A DNA stretch of 63,922 nucleotides, the filler included, from Chiloscyllium plagiosum (taxonomy: Eukaryota), in the NCBI RefSeq assembly GCF_004010195.1. It is 3 parts of one record of this genome, joined end to end, with 100 filler letters (N's around TTAATTAATTAA, not from the genome) between each part and the next. Parts side by side here need not be neighbours in the genome. Positions count along the whole stretch, not along the records: positions 55,881 to 63,922 come from NC_057713.1; 2 more parts are not named here. One strand, written 5' to 3'. Below are positions 60,957 to 63,922 of the stretch, one piece after another. Both the position numbers and the translations under genes were made by a program. The notes beneath the pieces were generated by a model that did not search any database, was not told the DNA's origin, and worked only from the letters and a program-made list of their open reading frames with translations. The first letter of the stretch is position 1; each line of letters begins with the position of its first letter.

Positions 60957-61284
60957 CATAGAATCCTAACAAGTGTGGAAACAGGCCATTTGGTGCAACA
61001 TGTCCACACTGACCCTCCGAAGAGTATCCCACCCAGACCCATTGCCCTAACCTATTACTCTACACTTCCCTGACTAATGCACCTAACTTACACTATGGGC
61101 AATTTAGCATGGCCAATCCACCTAACCTGCACATATTTTGGACTGTGGGAGGAAACTGGAGCATCCAGAAGAAACCCACACAGACACAGGAAGAATGTGC
61201 AAACTCCACACAGACAGTCATCTGAGACTGGAAGTGAATTCAGGCACCTGGCGCTGTAAGGCAGCAGTGCTAACCACTGAGCCT
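60957..61284 (-). mobile_element. HE1 SINE
   Basis: Head, V-domain and tail. Confidence 0.8.
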
Positions 61285-61545
61285 TACAGCGCCTCTCTCA
61301 TTATTTTGCCAAATACTTTAAATCTGTATTCTCTGGTTACCTGGATGGCTACACTTAAGATTGGGATAGACTAATCTCAGCATATCAGGAGATATGAGGA
61401 GTGAGTAGATAAGTGGAGCAGTACTAAAGATGAGCCTTGATCACACTAACATGGGGAGGCAGTGGTGTCGATGTTACTGGATTACTCTACATGTAATGCA
61501 GAACCCCGGGCTAATCTTCTGGGGCCATGAGTTTGGATCTCCTAG

Positions 61546-61690
61546 TTCATAGAACATAGAACATTACAGCGCAGTACAGGCCCTTCGGCCCTGGATGTTG
61601 CGCCGACCTGTCATACCAATCTGAAGCCCATCTAACCTACACTATTCCATGTATGTTCATATGCTTGTCCAATGACGACTTAAAAGTACT
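61546..61690 (-). mobile_element. CR1/HER1 3' tail (same subfamily as 28538-29693)
   Basis: (CATAGAA)n ACATTACAGCGCAGTACAGGCCCTTCGGCCC...CCTACACTATTCCATG. Confidence 0.85.
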
Positions 61691-61821
61691 TCAATGAAAT
61701 TGCCTCTGAGCCACAACACCCATTGTGCAATCCAGATCTCCACTACCCTTTATGTGGAGAACTGATTCCAGGAGAACTAATTCCAGACGGGGGTCCTGAC
61801 CAGTCTCTCTCTCTCTCTCTG

Positions 61822-62030
61822 GTGGCATGTTGGCTCAGTGTTTAGCACTGCTGCCTTGCAGAGCTTGAACATTCTCCCCGTGTCTGCATGGGTTATCTGC
61901 AGGTCCTTTGGTTTCTTCCTACAGTCCGAAGAAATTGCCCATCGTGTGTAGGGATGTGTAGGTTAGATGCACTGGGAATGGGTGTGAGTGGGATTCTCTT
62001 TGTAGGGTCAGTGTAGATGAATGGCCTAAG
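61822..62030 (+). mobile_element. HE1 SINE, degraded
   Basis: GGCTCAGTGTTTAGCACTGCTGCC; TTCTCCCCGTGTCTGCATGGGTT. Confidence 0.65.
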
Positions 62031-63261
62031 GAAAATATCTTTCCCTTGCCTTGATTTGAAATCCCTCTCCCAGTTTGAAACAAAATGAACCTCCATTTCT
62101 TTTTAGAAACATTGAATGTCAGAGCAGGTCTAGACCACCCAGTACTTCCAGTCTGATCTGCCATTCAATACAATCATCAATGATCATCCAAATCAGTTTC
62201 AGTTACTCCCTACACCCTTTCATTCCTTTACCTGCAACAAAACATTTCCTTTCTTTTCAAATGAATTCATTTTTCAATTATTAATCATAAAAATTGAACT
62301 GCGAAAATTTGCAGGGACTTATCTGTAAGAATGAACCTCATTTGTTTATCAGAAGATCAGAAGTGTGGTTCATGTGTCAATAATTTGAAAGTTGGCTGTC
62401 TTGTTTGAAAGACTTTAATTAAGTTGAAATGGGAGATACGGTTCTGTGGCTGCAAAAAAAAAGATTAAAACATGTTAAATTGCTAACAAGCCTGAATCAC
62501 AATTCTTGAAAGGCTTCCCAGATTTTCATGCTTCTGAATATTGCTCAAAACTCTGTACGGAGCAGCATGAATAATTTACAAGTTTATCCCTGTTGGGTGT
62601 TCTCATTATTTTCTGAGGCAGTTGGAGCCTTTTCGTGTGATTTTCCATTGTGACACAATACACATGAAAGCAAAGAACTTATCAGAACTCACCGCTAAGG
62701 CAAACTGCACTGCAAACAGATTGTGGAAAAAATAATTGCCTGAATTTACCATTGACAAGGAGGTAAGAATGTAAGGAATAGCAGGAGCAGATCACAGTGG
62801 CCTTTGAGTCGGTTTTGTCTAAAAATATGATAGTGACTGATTTTCTACCTCTGCCTCACTTTCCCCCACCTCAATCCCTGACTTGGATTGATTCAATGAT
62901 TGAGCATCTGGAACTCTCTGTCAATTCCAAAGACTCACAAGTCGTGAGTGAAGACGTTTCTCTTCATCTTGGCAAGGGTATGGTAAGTGCTGCATTGCAG
63001 TGGTTTGAGATGGCAGCTCACCAGCACCTCCTCCAGGGCAACTGGGGTTGAGCAATAAGTATTGGTCCAGCCAGTAAAGCCCACATTCTCTGAACGGATT
63101 TTTAAAAACTTGTTAAGTTAAAATTGGTCATGTTACTTGTGAATTCTTTGCCCAAATACACTTTCTTGCATGCAATTTCACAACATATTGTGGAAAACAT
63201 AATTGCCTGAATTTACCGTTGACAAGGAGGTAAGAACGTATGCTTCTTCTGCTTTTATTCA

Positions 63262-63450
63262 TGGCTCAGTTGGTGAGGGTCTGGATCCCGAGATTGTGAG
63301 TTAATAGGGAAGACTTGACCTGAGAAAGTGAGTCTTACACACCAGTGCAGTACTGAGGGAGTGCCACAGGGTCCGAAGTGCTGTCTTTCAGATGAGACGA
63401 CAAAATGAGGCTTTGTTTGTCATTTCAGGTTAAAGTAACATGTCATAGGG
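63262..63450 (+). mobile_element. Deu-SINE (SacSINE1/AmnSINE-like) 5' part
   Basis: GGCTCAGTTGG head; CCAGTGCAGTACTGAGGGAGTGC...GTGCTGTCTTTCAGATGAGACG matches the Deu-SINE core as I recall it. Confidence 0.65.
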
Positions 63451-63500
63451 CGTAAGAACGTAAGAGCTGGGAATAGCGGTAGGCAATTCAGCCCATCAAG

Positions 63501-63595
63501 GTTCTAGATTAGAGTGGTGCTGGAAAAGCACAGCAGTTCAGGCAGCATCCGAGGAGCAGGAAAATCGACGTTTCGGGCAAAAGCCCTTCATCAGG
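63501..63595 (-). mobile_element. 95-bp Neptune-pLTR insertion with perfect 16-bp TSD inside a CR1 tail (63455-63830, minus)
   Basis: AATTCAGCCCATCAAG at 63485-63500 and 63596-63611. Confidence 0.9.
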
Positions 63596-63600
63596 AATTC
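63561..63600 (-). ncRNA. Minimal type I hammerhead ribozyme, intact core
   Basis: Minus strand GAAUUC-CUGAUGA-A-GGGC-UUUU-GCCC-GAAAC-GUC-GAUUUU. Confidence 0.7.
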
Positions 63601-63859
63601 AGCCCATCAAGCCTGCTTCACCATCCAATGCAATCATGGCTGATCTCAACTCCACTTTCCTGTCTGCTCTCCACAACTCTGTAACACACCAGTAACTAAA
63701 AGTCCGTCTCACCCTCTCCTTAAATTTAGTCAGTGTGCTCGCATCCACCGCTCTCTGGGATAGTGACATCCACAGCTATAAGACCCTTTGAGAGAAATAA
63801 TTTCTCCTCATCAATGTTTTAAATCTGCCACTGACTTAAATGATCTGTCACCTCTACCA

Positions 63860-63922
63860 CACCAATCCCCCTTCACCCTCCCCTCTACAGCACCAATCCC
63901 CCTCCACCCTCCCCACAACAAC
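63860..63922. repeat. 31-bp C-rich tandem repeat (2 copies, cut by window edge)
   Basis: CACCAATCCCCCT(T/C)CACCCTCCCC... at 63860 and 63891. Confidence 0.7.

Overview
Vertebrate non-coding DNA from a cartilaginous fish. HE1 V-SINEs and their partner CR1/HER1 LINEs indicate an elasmobranch; the species cannot be fixed from sequence alone. I found no recognisable host exon, RNA gene or CRISPR array, and essentially all predicted ORFs are retroelement fragments, repeat read-through or N-gap artefacts. Most of the window is nested retroelements: about 17 HE1 SINEs, dozens of CR1/HER1 fragments, a second CR1-like LINE and a SINE sharing its tail, Rex1/Babar LINEs, L2 and Deu-SINE relics, a solo LTR, and several Penelope-like element (PLE) families. 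One PLE is near full length (28517-32334, RT plus GIY-YIG, direct pLTRs, 12-bp TSD) and carries a nested CR1 that itself carries an HE1. The most interesting signal is a set of minimal type I hammerhead ribozyme motifs (CUGANGA-stem II-GAAA-palindromic helix III-NUH). They occur in at least four sequence-distinct PLE-type terminal-repeat families with co-varying stems. Many sit in 95-220 bp ORF-less, often fold-back units bounded by their own 9-20 bp target-site duplications. Two 100-bp gaps contain an artificial TTAATTAATTAA linker.
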